Source: Eledone cirrhosa (lineage: Eukaryota). Taken from it: a stretch of 64,000 bases of DNA. The DNA lies in NCBI GenBank assembly GCA_964016885.1, contig CAXHJY010000424.1:62001-126000 (forward strand), written 5' to 3'. The notes beneath the pieces were generated by a model. The model saw only the letters and a list, made by a program, of their open reading frames with translations. It was not told where the DNA came from and ran no database searches. Made by a program: the position numbers and the translations under genes. Positions within the stretch are counted from its first letter, which is position 1, and the number at the start of each line of letters is the position of its first letter. Positions 11,040 through 25,241 of this stretch are shown here, piece after piece.

Positions 11040-12130
11040 TTACTCTACATTTGGCATCTGAAAATTATTTAATGAACTTCGTAAACTACATCATCTTAGA
11101 ATGCTGCTTTCCACATCCAGTAAATACCGAGAACTTAATCTGTTGTAGGTCATCGTGCTTCTCAGATAATTCTTTATGAGTGTCAATTTGCTGAATGATC
11201 GCTCTCTTGAATAGATAGTGACAATCAAGCTTAAACGTATTCTAGGAAGCACTGGAACAACTGGAAAGGTATCAACAAGCCCTTCACCGTGGAGTAAAAC
11301 TACTCGTTATGATGAAGGGAGACATGACCGGAGTTTTGAAATAACTGAAACTGGGTAATTTCTTCTCTCAGCACATAACTAAATTCACAGGGAAAAGTGG
11401 TTATAAATTGTTTTTCAGTTTCAGTTCTAATCTCTGAATCAGATAAACTACATAAGTTATGACTTTGTGTTTATAAGACAACGGGCAACTGATCGAAAAT
11501 GACATTGAAGGTGCAGCATTTGCATTTTTTCTCTTGGGGAAAGGACAACTTTTTCTGATAACCATATTGGAATTCCATCATACTGTTTGTTTCTATTTCT
11601 TGTCCTACCTGTTGTTGATATTTAGTCTGTGATTCTACAGACGTAATTGGCATCAAGTTCAAGCTCTTTAAACTTATCCCATGGTGAATTTTTAGAGAAT
11701 CAATTGAGTCAGAAACATAGAAAGAGGGAGGGAGATAGCGAGTAATGGGGAAGAGAATCCGTATCTACATTATTGGCAATGATACCAACAGTTTCATTAA
11801 AAACTCTAAGTGGAGGAGGATAGGTAGATAGGAGAAAGTTTGAAGGGTGTCGCAGATATAAGGAATTGTTTCTTAATAAATTTGAATATGAACAAATGAA
11901 TAAATACTGAAAAACACATTCTCCTTCGTTTATGTACATCTTTTGGGAAACTGTACTGATTATTAATAGACAGTCATGTGACTAATTTCCACTACTTATT
12001 GGCTGAATGGTTTATCATATTTGTTATTATTTCTTTGGAGATAGTTTTCAAGTTTAGGTTTTAATTTTCATAATTCTCTTTTATAACACCAAATCATTAA
12101 GAACGCTGCAAATGTTATCACGTGATTTGA
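11040..12130 (-). pseudogene. Highly degenerate hAT-superfamily transposase relic (C-terminal dimerisation domain)
   Basis: My translation of 11276->11090 gives VDTFPVVPVLPRIRLSLIVTIYSRERSFSKLTLIKNYLRSTMTYNRLS, matching the hAT ERSFSKLKLIK.YLRS.M motif. Not in the ORF track; upstream extent uncertain. Confidence 0.7.
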
Positions 12131-12592
12131 TTCGTGTGAGCAACCACACTTCCTTTCAAAAGAAACAGTGTCTTCAATTGATTTCACTTTTAAAATACCA
12201 GACGGCAAATTTCAAGAGATGGGCGGAGTTGAAGATGTTTATATTTTATTTCATTGTATGGTGGTACCATTTCCAGGGTAAGCTATTTGCAAACAGAAAT
12301 TTTAAGTTCATACACAATTTATATAAGGTATATGATTTATAAAAAAAATCAACAAAAACAAATCGATAAATATAGTCAGAAACCAGAATAAAGGGAGAAG
12401 ATATGCACACAAAATGTGCGTGTTACAGCAGAGAATGCTGGTGCTACCCATTAAAACATCTGGTGGTAAGCTGAGACAGTCACATTACCGAGAGTGTTAT
12501 AGAGGCTAAAGTACCTAAACAGCTAGGTACCTTCGCGAGAATCACTTCATCCTTCATCAGAACCAGACACCAATGATGATAAAAATGTTTTT

Positions 12593-14205
12593 GCCATCAA
12601 TGTTTATCATTTAAAATACAGATATAAATGCATATATATATATAGTCTAAATACATATATAAATGCATATATATATATAGTCTAACAAAGTTCTTTCGTT
12701 GCACATCTGCAACATCATCAGTGGTAATATTATCATGTTTCCCCTGCTGTATTGTATGTATTGTAGTGTCTACGTCATTTTTATTTTATCTATTTATTTA
12801 TTTATTTATTTTTGTCCTCGTATCTGCGTTTGCGTGTGTGTATAGTGTTTGGTGTGTGTGTTCGCGTTTGGTGACTGTGTTTTGGTTATTGTATTCTATC
12901 TTAGTTTATTAGTGTTTGTTGTTATTGTGCTTGTCTATATATTTATTTATTTATTTATATTTCTCTTAAGTCAGTATTGTTTGTTTGGGTGTTGTTATTC
13001 CATTCATTTTTTCTGTTTAGCTTTGTCTTTCTAAGCTCTATTTCGCTTGCTTCTCTGATTAGCCTACCTGTTGGGTCATTTCTATGTTTAGATATTATTT
13101 TAATTTCTATGTTGTCTATGTTACCGTCATGTTGTTGTCTGGCGTGTTCGTATAGTACTGAACCGTTTTTTGTCCTTTTAATTCACCCCAGTGTTGGTCT
13201 ATTCTTTCTCCTATGCTTCGGGCTGTTTCACCTATGTAGGTCGTTGTCATGTTTCTGCAAGTACCCTCTGTACATCTTATGCTATAGACTACATTTCTAG
13301 TTTTACAGTTTATCTGGGGGTTTACTTTACATATAACACATTTCTTATTAGTGCAGTGGGTTTTCTTAAAAGGGTTCAGGGATGTTATGGTAGTTCCTGG
13401 CTTTTCTACCACTTTAATCTTTAAGTGGATCTTTCTTAGGGTCTTTGTATATTGGTTAGCTAATTTTCCTCCAGGGGTAGCATCCACAAACATGACACTC
13501 TGGTATCTCTGGTTGTCGTACCATGAGGTGGCTTTCTCTATCTTAAGTTCAGTCCTATCTAAGCTATTCCATGATTTGCTCCTGTATAATGGGCAAATTC
13601 CTTTCATGTCCATTTCTATGAGGGTCTTATACTTCTCCGTGGCTCCTTTGTATACTCTGATTCTGTCTCTTTGGTTGTAGCCAGAGAACTGCATGCGGTT
13701 GATGAAGTGTTGGATGTGTCTTTCCATTTCTGTTGGGTCGCACATGCGGACACGTTCTTCATCACTCGTACCAAGTCTGCGATCAGAATATTAAACTTAG
13801 CACTACTGCACATTGCTGGGTTTTTAAGTATCAGGTATTTGGAGGCCATGGGTTTAGCGTAGTGTGAGTGGAGAATTTGGGCCCCCTCGTCTATAGTGTT
13901 AATCCAGAGTTCCGTGTCTAATACAGGTAGTCTATTGTTAGGATGTTTGGAAGGGTAGTCAATAGTTGCAGTTATACTCTGGTGTATGTATATATATATA
14001 TGTATTTATATCTGTTAGACTATATATATGTATTTATATCTGTATTTTTGACCGTTGGTTAGTCAGTGATAAACATTGATGGCCAAATGAATTAACTATG
14101 GAGATATAAAAGATACAGAAGCGAAAACCAACCAAACAGTGAGTGTGTTATGTTGTTATTTCAGGCAATATTATTACAATATGACCCTCCCCAAGTATAA
14201 GAATA
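12593..14205 (-). mobile_element. Penelope-like element fragment (RT thumb + GIY-YIG) with partial inverted pLTR; same family as 39805-41926
   Basis: RLPVLDT, HYAKPMAS, NVVYSIRC..C..YIGETARSIGERIDQH. 14005-14205 is an inverted pLTR copy; hammerhead-like motif at 12686-12725. Confidence 0.88.
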
Positions 14206-14407
14206 TGTATATATATATTTATAAAAAAAAACACCAAAGAATCAATGCGTTTTCAAACTAACACATGTTTCAGCCGTTAGAACTTCATACCGATGTCGTA
14301 GAGTTAGAGACTTTTAAATTAATTTTTTTAATATTAAAAAAATCATTTTTTCGAAAATTTATTTATGTTTTAATACTAAGACCATCATATATATATATAT
14401 ATATATG

Positions 14408-16004
14408 TGGGATAACAAGTTATCGTTATAGGTGATCCACTTAGAGGTAGTCCGGTTAGAGTACTCCGTGTTGTGAATGATTTTAACGTGCGGCTTAGTT
14501 TGACTCAACAAGATGATTCCATAGTGATGCAGCGAGTTCGCGGTAGTTTCTATGCAGGTTATACTTGGAGTAATAATAGTTAAAGAAGGAAGAGTAACAT
14601 GGTTGGCTGTACAATAAGGGCTTTATTCAAATTGCTGACAATTGTTTCGTTGATCTGTTGCGTCTAGAGTTCGCTAATCGTTTGATACTGCGTCAATCGA
14701 TCTCCAATACGTTGTTTACAACCAGTCAACACATCAGAGCAAGTGGATATGAAAATAATATGCAAGGCATGGCTTTTATAGAAGAGTGGTGTTAAACCAA
14801 AACAATAACATCAGTAACAAACTAGCTAGATAGCGAATAATTAAAACAATAACATCAATAATAAAACACGCATGGTAAATAAACAGAGATGATACAGATG
14901 TATGAAGTGACATGCGAGATCTAAGATAGGGTACATTAAAAGTAGATAAAGGAATAAAATAATAAAATGTACTTAAGTCAGATTTTAGGGTCTCAACTAT
15001 AAGTGCAATTATGAGAGATTTAGATACAAATGAGCTGTGGGTCTGAAAAATGAACAACAATAAAACGGAGATTAATTTATGGTTTGACAGATAAATGCTT
15101 GTAGTAGATATTTCCTAGTGAGATTGATGGAGGGTGTGTATAGAGATTTATGGTTCTATGGTAGTTGGTATTAAGTGAAATTGTGGATTCAGTATGTTAA
15201 GGTTTAGGTGGTTTAGTCCAAATTTTGGGATTGCTGGTTCGAATCATGGAGATTTAAGTTTCGTAACATCAATAACAAAATAGCGTATAATTAAAACAAT
15301 AACATCAATAATAAAACATGCATGGTAAATAGAGAGAGAATGTGGCGACTAAAATCAAGGATAGGGTGCATTGAAATGATAATAATAATAAGAAGAAATT
15401 AAGAGTTACAGGGGAGTATAAAAGTAATAAGATAATGTACTTAGAAATAAGTTCGTCTGTAAGTGTTCCTGTGTGTTAGTATGAGATATGTAGATACAAT
15501 TGTGTGGTCCGAAAGAATGAACAACAGTAAAGACGAGATTAATTCATGGGCTGACAAGAGGATTGATAAATGTTTGTAGTAGACGATTGTGCCTGTTGTA
15601 CTATCTTGATGGTATTGATGGAAGGAGGTTGGAAGAGGTTTACAGAAATTTATGGTTCTGAAGTAGCTGTGTGATAGTACGGATTTCATACGTTAAAGTC
15701 TAAGTGGTTTTCTATTAATTTTGGGAATGCTGGTTCGAGTCACGGTGGTTTAGATTTCGTAAATCTAGTTGCAATCTTATGTCTGCAGAAAATGGACCTT
15801 TCTATTTTGCTGTTAAGCAGCATCCTATGGTACCTTAAGATATGTAGCAGTTCCAAATTACAGAGCCAGCAGTTGGACATACCGTTAGTATAGGCTTTTC
15901 CTGCCGCTAATTTCGACCAGCCAATTTCGTATTCAAGGTTTTTGTCCTTAAGTTACCAGATTTTATTGTACAGCCAACCATGTTACTCTTCTTTCTTTAA
16001 CTAT
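14408..16004 (-). mobile_element. 3' remnant of a Naiad-type PLE with short inverted repeat (14576-14617 / 15963-16004) and a diverged ~480-bp tandem duplication
   Basis: Minus-strand 15962->15750 reads IW*LKDKNLEYEIGW..AYTNG..CWLCNLE..LLNSK..CRH; duplicated units ~14805-15266 and ~15267-15762. Confidence 0.72.
14632..14742 (-). ncRNA. Degenerate type I hammerhead with a long stem II insertion
   Basis: TTGCT-CTGATGT-GTTGA..(~70 nt)..TCAAC-GAAA-CAATTG-TC-AGCAA; A9 replaced by U. Confidence 0.55.
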
Positions 16005-16007
16005 ATT

Positions 16008-16078
<71 letters not shown>

Positions 16079-17384
16079 ATATATATATAACGAAGGAAAT
16101 GTGGTAAGGAACCAGGTGGACCATAACGCACCAAAGTACTCAATACTTGAGGTAGTAGAGTGGGTAATAGGAACCAGTAAGACCCCGACAGCTGAGCTCA
16201 AGCCGTTTCGACGGCTAATTCTGGACTAAATGAAAATTTATCCTGGTATTTAAATAGCCGATCTTCTCAAGGGGTAATTCCATATATGGTCAAAGTGATT
16301 GTCAAAAATCAGTAGTAATTCTGTGGTTGCAAATTAGTAGGGGAGATGGTGACTAAACCTGCCAGTAGGAGAAAGAGGGGAGGGGGTGGAGTAGACCCAA
16401 TCAAGCGTTGGTAGTGCCAGCTACAGCTGGGCATGAGGTCAAAGAAGATACAGGGGAGGGGGAGGGGGAGGAAGTCGGAACGGTAGGTAGAACAATGGGG
16501 GGTAGAAATAGGAAAGAAAAAATACTGAGAGTGAAGAAAAGCAAATAAGTGTAAAGAAAAAGAAAAAGTAAAGTAAATTAAATTCAACGACCTAGGTGTC
16601 AGGCTATTGTTAGGCGAGAATAAAATAAAGAAAGAAAGAAAGAAGTAAATAAATAAATAAATAAATAAATAAGGAAATAAGTAAGAGAACTAGGTGTGAC
16701 GGATAAGGCAAGGACCCTTTTAAGAGGTATAAGTACGTAAATGATACGGTGACGGGTCAACAAAAGGGGCCAAAATACTAAAGAGACTACCACGAAATAA
16801 ACAATAAAGGTTTCCATCCCGGGCCAGCAACGACCCAGTGCAGCAAAGTGAACTTGTACGAGATAATAATTCTGAGTCCCGGGAAAAATATATACTAATG
16901 CTAACTCTAAAAGATCTAAAACAAGCTACATGAAAGTTCGTACGAAATAAAGGTAGAATACGGAGAAATAAATTCAGAATCCACCCCGCCCAGAAGAAAA
17001 GCGAAGCAAGAAATACTGAAACGAAAAAATAAGGCATAAGTGCCACTAAGAAATATAGAGGGCACAGAGAATAGTGGGAGCGGTCGGAAAAAGGGGGAAA
17101 GTATCCGGGGTCTAAGCCAACTGCTATAAAGGGCGGAGTCCACCAAATCTATCAAAGACTAGGGGAGGGGGGGGGGTACTAAGGCTACATGGGGCCAAAG
17201 GGCAGCCTCGGGTGGGCGAGAAAAGACGCCGACAAAGGAGAAGAGCTGGGGTAGAAGGACAAAGGAGAGAGGGGGGAAGGAAGGAAAGGAAGCGATAAAA
17301 GAATACAAAGAAGATCTTACGTCTTCCTTGGCAAGCAGGGGTTACCCATTGCAAAATCGGCAACTGGGGTGTTATAGCCCCAGT

Positions 17385-17991
17385 CTACCCCCCCGGGTCA
17401 TTATGGGGTTTGAGGGCGAGGTAAGTCCTACGCAATCTATGTTTACATGCAGTAACCAGTTCATCTTTCTTGTTTAGGAGTTGGTCCGTCGAAAACAGCA
17501 TTTGTAAAGTTTCCTCCGAGCATAAATTGCACGGACGGCGTCCTCCCGTGTAAGAATTGGCTCTGGACAGTAATCTCCAAGTGAGATCATAGGTGATGTT
17601 GTTGTCCTTGAGGTCCCATATGTGGCCCGAAAGTGTAGTGGCGTGACGCCGGGCCGGGTTTCGGAAGGTATGTCTATGTTGGTATAGCCGGGTCTTGAAG
17701 TCACATGCGGTAAGTCCTATATAGGCTTTGTTGGAGGTATCCGTCCTCACGTTGCACTGGTAGATCACATTACGGTCTCTGCATCTATTGTCGAGTGGGC
17801 AAATAGATCTATCCGGGCAGTTACACCTCCTGGTCGGTTCTCCACTGCTAATTAGGTTATTTCTGCCATCGGGGTTGAGTTTTTTGTTGTTAGAGGAGAC
17901 GATGTTTTGTGCGAAGTTTGGTGTAGTGCTGTAAGAGAGTTTGATGGTATTTTTGTTAATTATGTTGTGGTAGCGGTGTTGTAATGGGAAG
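17385..17991 (-). CDS. PLE linker + GIY-YIG endonuclease domain (5'-truncated, frame uninterrupted)
   Basis: TIKLSYSTTPN, CNC..CPL..C, NVIYQC..YIGLT..FKTRLYQH, IWDLKD, CNLCSEE, LLNKKDELVTACKH; stop at 17385-17387. Confidence 0.85.
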
Positions 17992-18985
17992 TCTCTCCTT
18001 TGTCCTTCTACCCCAGCTCTTCTCCTTTGTCGGCGTCTTTTCTCGCCCACCCGAGGCTGCCCTTTGGCCCCATGTAGCCTTAGTACCCCCCCCCCCCCCT
18101 AGTCTTTGATAGATTTGGTGGACTCCGCCCTTTATAGCAGTTGGCTTAGACCCCGGATACTTTCCCCCTTTTTCCGACCGCTCCCACTATTCTCTGTGCC
18201 CTCTATATTTCTTAGTGGCACTTATGCCTTATTTTTTCGTTTCAGTATTTCTTGCTTCGCTTTTCTTCTGGGCGGGGTGGATTCTGAATTTATTTCTCCG
18301 TATTCTACCTTTATTTCGTACGAACTTTCATGTAGCTTGTTTTAGATCTTTTAGAGTTAGCATTAGTATATATTTTTCCCGGGACTCAGAATTATTATCT
18401 CGTACAAGTTCACTTTGCTGCACTGGGTCGTTGCTGGCCCGGGATGGAAACCTTTATTGTTTATTTCGTGGTAGTCTCTTTAGTATTTTGGCCCCTTTTG
18501 TTGACCCGTCACCGTATCATTTACGTACTTATACCTCTTAAAAGGGTCCTTGCCTTATCCGTCACACCTAGTTCTCTTACTTATTTCCTTATTTATTTAT
18601 TTATTTATTTATTTACTTCTTTCTTTCTTTCTTTATTTTATTCTCGCCTAACAATAGCCTGACACCTAGGTCGTTGAATTTAATTTACTTTACTTTTTCT
18701 TTTTCTTTACACTTATTTGCTTTTCTTCACTCTCAGTATTTTTTCTTTCCTATTTCTACCCCCCATTGTTCTACCTACCGTTCCGACTTCCTCCCCCTCC
18801 CCCTCCCCTGTATCTTCTTTGACCTCATGCCCAGCTGTAGCTGGCACTACCAACGCTTGATTGGGTCTACTCCACCCCCTCCCCTCTTTCTCCTACTGGC
18901 AGGTTTAGTCACCATCTCCCCTACTAATTTGCAACCACAGAATTACTACTGATTTTTGACAATCACTTTGACCATATATGGAATT

Positions 18986-19079
18986 ACCCCTTGAGAAGAT
19001 CGGCTATTTAAATACCAGGATAAATTTTCATTTAGTCCAGAATTAGCCGTCGAAACGGCTTGAGCTCAGCTGTCGGGGT
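18986..19079 (+). ncRNA. Type I hammerhead with U3-A8 compensatory core (UUGAGAA); mirror copy at 16182-16275 on minus strand
   Basis: ACCCC-TTGAGAA-GATCGGCTA..TAGCCGTC-GAAA-CGGC-TTGAGCTCA-GCTG-TC-GGGGT. Confidence 0.75.
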
Positions 19080-19094
19080 CTTACTGGTTCCTAT

Positions 19095-19521
<427 letters not shown>

Positions 19522-19880
19522 AATTACAAGAAACGAAGCGAGCTGTGTGGTTACTGTAAACGAAGTTTAAGATGGTAATATGGACGAAACAAGAGAAGAA
19601 ATCTTTCATCAGTTTTTGACCGCAGACCATAGATGTTTCGGCTCTTAAAACAGGACATCAAAAGCGATCAGCGGCGCGCCCAAGGCCTTGTATCGATCGA
19701 AAGGCCACGAGGGAAAGAAAATAAAATAAAAGGAAAAGTAGTGAGGAGAGAGGAAGAAAGAGAAAAAAACGAGGTAAACAGACGGAATGGAGGGGGACAC
19801 TAGACATATGTTTCGTCCATATTACCATCTTAAACTTTGTTTATAGTAGTAACCACACAGCTCGCTTCGTTTCTTGTAAT
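19522..19880. repeat. ~70-bp inverted repeat pair (19522-19591 / 19809-19880), probable PLE pLTR relic
   Basis: AATTACAAGAAACGAAGCGAGCTGTGTGG.. vs ..CCACACAGCTCGCTTCGTTTCTTGTAATT; degenerate hammerhead-like segment at 19620-19673 on minus strand. Confidence 0.65.
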
Positions 19881-19972
19881 TTTGTATTTACCGCTGTGAC
19901 CCCCTCTACCTGTTTTGCTCGATTTGTGGTCCCACCATGCTTTCATATCGACTCTCTCCTTTTTTCTTCCCT

Positions 19973-20358
<386 letters not shown>

Positions 20359-20369
20359 CCTCACTTTGA

Positions 20370-20548
20370 TTAAGCTTGAGATCGGTGTGGAAGTCAGACT
20401 ACGTAAAGACCTGAAGATCGTCTCTTCGTTGCTGTAGTGGAGTCTGTTGCTTTACGGGTCTGAGACTTGGACACTGGCCAAGAAACCCACTCAGATGGCG
20501 GATGGGTGCTACACGAGAATGCTGAGGATAGCTCTGAACATTAATCAG
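20370..20548 (+). mobile_element. RTE-type LINE RT C-terminal fragment
   Basis: ESVLLYGSETWTL..DGCYTRMLRIALNI. Confidence 0.75.
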
Positions 20549-20596
<48 letters not shown>

Positions 20597-20603
<7 letters not shown>

Positions 20604-20949
20604 ATACGTGGGGAGGGTCATATTGTTATAATGTTCCCAGAAATAATAACAGAACACAGTCACTGTTTGGTTTGGGTTGGTTTTCGCTTCTGTATCTTTT
20701 ATATCTCCATAGTTAATTTATTTTGCAATCAATGTTTATCATTGATTGACCAGCGGTTAAAAATACCGATATAAATATATATATCAAAGTTCTTTCGTCG
20801 CACATCTGCAACATCATCAGTGGTACTATAATGTCTCATCCCATTGATTTGTAATGTCTACGCCATTTTTATTTTATTTATTTATTTATTTATTTATTAT
20901 TGTCTCAGTCTCTGCGCATGCGTTTGCGTATACACACACACACACACGC

Positions 20950-21031
<82 letters not shown>

Positions 21032-21180
21032 TGGGTTGGTTTTCGCTTCTGTATCTTTTATCTTTTATATCTCCATAGTTAATTTATTTGGCAATCAATG
21101 ATTGTCATTGATTGACCAACGGTTAAAAATACAGATACAAATATATATATACAGTCTATCAGATATAAATATATATATAT
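20597..21180 (-). mobile_element. Two tandem partial pLTR copies of the 39805-41926 PLE family
   Basis: TTGTTATACGTGGGGAGGGTCATAT terminus matches 39808; hammerhead-like motif at 20784-20824; second partial copy from ~21030. Confidence 0.75.
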
Positions 21181-21769
21181 ATACATTCAGAAAGTTCCGT
21201 GAATCCGAAGAAGACTGGTAAGACAACCAAAGTCAGCACTCAATGCAGAACAGAGTGTATACAATAAGAACAAAGTGGAGATGTATACATATGAGATTTA
21301 TTGCTCAATCCTGGTTACAAATGTTTCTCAAGCAGCTGGCTCGTGATCTGGGATGGCACCCCCAGACCAGACTCCAACTCTGCCTGATCCTCAGACCAGT
21401 GTTAAGACTACAAAAATCACATCAAATCTGTGGACGAACCAGCAAAAACACAACCAACCATATAGAATGGCTAAACATGGGCCTAGAATTCAACGGACAC
21501 TCTTATCTCGAGCATTACAAGAAAAACCGTAGAAACAAACAGAAAATTAACGGATAAAAATAAATGTGTGTGTGTGTGTGTGAAGATGTGTGTATGCATA
21601 TGTATGTACATGTACAACTTCTACGTGTGAGAGAGAGAGTGTGTGTAGGTATTTTATGCACGTGTGTGTGTATGTGTGTGTTCGTGTATACGTGGATATA
21701 TCTCTTTATTTATTTTTATCCGTTAATTTTGTGTTTGTTTCTATGGTTTTTTTCTATGGTTTTTCTTTT

Positions 21770-24486
21770 TAGAGTAGATAGCTTTTAGCAAATAACTAGC
21801 CTTAGAGAAAAACAAAACAGAAACAGAACTAGTAGCTAAAGTAGAGGAAGCACTTAGGAGTGGCAACGCAGCTAGAGTGCTAGCAACGAGAACGGCAATA
21901 GACCAGTTCTTCGATGCGAAACACGAGGACTGCGTAGTCAGAAGTAGATATGTGCTCTAGGAAACGAGGTGGAAAAAGCTGTTAGCTGGTCCCGAGTGGC
22001 AGAGGCAAAAAGTGGCAACAAGTCCACGATTCGGTCTTTGAAAGACCAAAACGGACGCGTGCTACTTGACTCCAAACGGACGTGCACGGCTTTCAGCGGC
22101 ACTTTGCGCAACTGTTCGAGCAGAGCAGCGGTGCGCCGAACGGGGCAATGGACTTTGGTTCATACCTCGCGTCTCTCGAGCATGGATACCGAGTTTTGCG
22201 AAACACCGATCGCAACTACTGAGAAACGCAAATCACCCGGTCTAGATGGTCTACCCTATGAGTTTTACATAGGCATGCCGGACTTGTTCTCTGGCATACT
22301 CGAAGCCGTCTACTGCAACTGGCAGCAGAACGGGAGAATTCCCAGTTCTGCAGGCAGGGGCGTAGTAACGCTTATCAGGAAAGACGAGAACAACGGAGAC
22401 GAACTAAGCAACTTTAGGCCTATAACTCGCCTAAACACAGAGTTAAAAATTTTGGCCAAGGTGTTAGCAACGAGGCTGGCGCTTGTCGTCGAGAATCTGG
22501 TGAGAAAAGCTCAAATGTGTGCAATTCCAACCAGGTCCATACACGACAACCTCCACATCATGCGATACAACATAGAGAGGGTGGGGTGTAAATCCGGCTT
22601 CGGTGGAGATCTGATCAATTTAGATCCGTCTAAGGCGTTTGATAGGGTCGACCATCGATATTTGGAAGCGGTTCTAAAGGTTTCGGAACCGTCTTCAGAG
22701 GCTGGATCAAAGCAATGCACACCGACATCTGCTTGACGGTCAAGGTGAACAGCTACCTATCGGAGCCGTTCACAATCACGCATTCCATCCGACAGGGATG
22801 CCCTCTCTCCTCCATTCTGTACGTATTGACTCTAGAGCCACTACTGCGGAAATTGGAGCTTCTGCAGGTCATCCCGTTGGAACCGGGAGTGCGGAAAGTG
22901 GCGTCGGCTTATACCGACGACGTGACAGTAATGGTGTCGAAAACCTCGGAAATCGGGGCGATCGGCAACTTACTGCAGGAATACGAAAGGCTCATAGGAG
23001 CAAAACTGAACCCGGACAAATCTGTCGATTTGCAACTCGGAACGTGGAGAGGCAAACCAACGCCGTCCGACAACGTCGTCGGACGCTGGACGGAAGGACC
23101 TGTGAAATTGCTCGGGTCTGATTCGGTCCAGACCTACAGGTGGAGAACAACTGGGACGAGGTCACGGCCTAGGTATTTGCGCTCACCCAGAAGTGGGCAG
23201 ATTGAAAACTATCCTTGAAAGATCGAGTGGAGACGGCGAAGACTTTCATAGCGTACGTCATCTACTACCACTTGGCCGTCGTGCCTTGTCCCCGTGAATA
23301 CTTCACCGAGATGGAACGCATGCTCTTCCAGTTCCTTTGGAAGAAGCAGGCTCCACTGGTGAGGAGATCCGTCTGCTGTCAGCACCCTTCCAACGGAGGG
23401 ATGGGAATGCCGTGGCTGATGATGCGCAAACACGCGCTGAGGCTACGGCATCTGCAGGTGTTCCTGACTGGCGAACCGGTGTGGGCCCCGTTTGAGAGAT
23501 AGGCCTTCCCGCAACTTATCTCGCTGACGGAGCTGCAGTCCTGGGTCAAACGGAGACCGAAGAAAATGGGCGCCTGGCACATTGAATGGGCTCAGGCGCT
23601 CACAGTCCTCTGTCAAGCCGGCACAGCAATCAGTGGAGACTCCATTTCGACTTTCTCGGAGAGACTCTGAGCGTCGAGACGACGAGCTCACCAGTCTGTT
23701 CGGTAGAACTTTCCGCCCGGGACCTATGGACAACTTCCAGAGGTCCCTGGCCTGACAGTGCTACCGAGGAGCTCTACCAGTTCGAGACGAGATCTACAGG
23801 CACGGACGCCCCGGCAAGGATCCTTCCAAGAGGACGTGTCCAAGATGCGAGCAGGTCATAAAAACCGTCCTGCACGCATTTGTACACTGCCCGGGTGTAT
23901 CCGACCTGTGGAACTACGCAGAACAACTGCTGTCACGTATGGGACAAATCCAGTTGACAAATCCAGTTGACTGCCGAGTCCATAGTAAAGATCAAACCGC
24001 CAACTTCTTTCAAAAACGAAAGAGAGGCGGTTTTCCTCTGTATAGTGGCTATGGTGAGAGGACTGAGGACCTTTCTCTCCGGACAACAACTAATTCCCTT
24101 CTTTAGGTACCACTTTAGAAGGAGAATCAGAGTGGAGAGAGAGGCACTGCACCCCAGTAAATTTACTGAAAGGTGGGTGAATGTAGCAAAAATGGCCCGA
24201 GTGATTGGGCCTTTTTCTGTATATAAGCCTTTAGGTTGAAGAAGAGAGCAAAAGAAAGAAAGGAGCACTTGCACAACACGCTCCTGGAGTTGAGGGTTGT
24301 TCTATCGACGGGATATTAAACAACCCAGTTATAACACCTCCTCCCTTTTGGGGATTTCGATTGTTAAATTTGTTTGTTTTAATAATATTTTTACGCGACT
24401 GTATGTAAAATCCCCGGCATGTGTCTTGGTATTGTCCCTTTTTCTTGTGCGCCCTTGTGGAAAATAAAGAAATATATCTATCTATC
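21770..24486 (+). mobile_element. 5'-truncated Tx1/L1-clade LINE (ORF2 RT to 3' UTR), degenerate
   Basis: KSPGLDGLPYEFY, NFRPIT, KAFDRVDH, SIRQGCPLS, AYTDD, GGMGMP; ends AATAAAGAAA followed by (TATC)n. Confidence 0.92.
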
Positions 24487-24487
24487 T

Positions 24488-25187
24488 CCCTTGGTAGCTG
24501 GACGCACACAATTTTGCTGGTAAGTTTCTGTCAATTTATTTACAAAAAACAGAAATTCTTCTTTAAAAAAACACATTGTTTTGTAGATTAACCCCCAGGC
24601 TGAATTGTCAGCTGGGTGGCAATCTCATTTTTCGCCCCCAAAGGGGCGAAAATTTATTTTGAAATTAATTTGTAAAGTGCTTTAAAATTTTTAATATTTT
24701 GTCATCAGCTATGGCAAACGTTCAAAGAACGCGAGCGAACGTTGAAGAAGGAAAAAGAAAAGAAGAAATAGACTTTAACGTTGCTAAACATTTTGGCTGT
24801 ATCGAGGTAGTTTTGACTTTCGTTACACAAAACTTGTGTAACGAAAGTCAAGTAGACAACACAAACAAAATTGAATCGCACAGTGAACCACACACCAAAA
24901 TCAACAGAAAAAACAATTGACACAACTACAAACGGAAAACCCGACAACCACCACCACAGTAACAACAACAACAAACTAACTTATACAGAAACAGTCACAA
25001 ATAATAATAACGTTACTTCTAACTCCGCATGTATTGGCGTCACCATGGAAACCAATATAAACAAGAAAAATAAAAACAAGATCGAACCACACATAGTACA
25101 ACAGACGGAAAAAACGACAGAAAATAAAACCATTGACACAACTACAAACGGAAAACCCGACAACAACAACAACAACAACAACAACAA

Positions 25188-25241
<54 letters not shown>

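Larger units (their letters stand above)
16090..19094 (-). mobile_element. Young 5'-truncated Naiad-type PLE with near-identical 1.1-kb inverted arms (16167-17270 / 17992-19094)
   Basis: Mirror ORFs on opposite strands have identical translations; central GIY-YIG ORF; both ends lie in (TA)n. Confidence 0.92.

Noticed and set aside
12500-12570. Minus-strand CTGATGA near a GGTACCTA hairpin as another hammerhead
   Set aside because: No stem II closing onto a GAAA box and no matching helix I.
16309-18952. Four pairs of identical small ORFs on opposite strands
   Set aside because: A consequence of the inverted PLE arms; low-complexity UTR sequence with no protein motifs.
21185-21760. 104-aa ORF and ~45-bp inverted repeat (21520-21565 / 21708-21755)
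   Set aside because: No recognisable domain; probably another decayed repeat fragment, too weak to classify.
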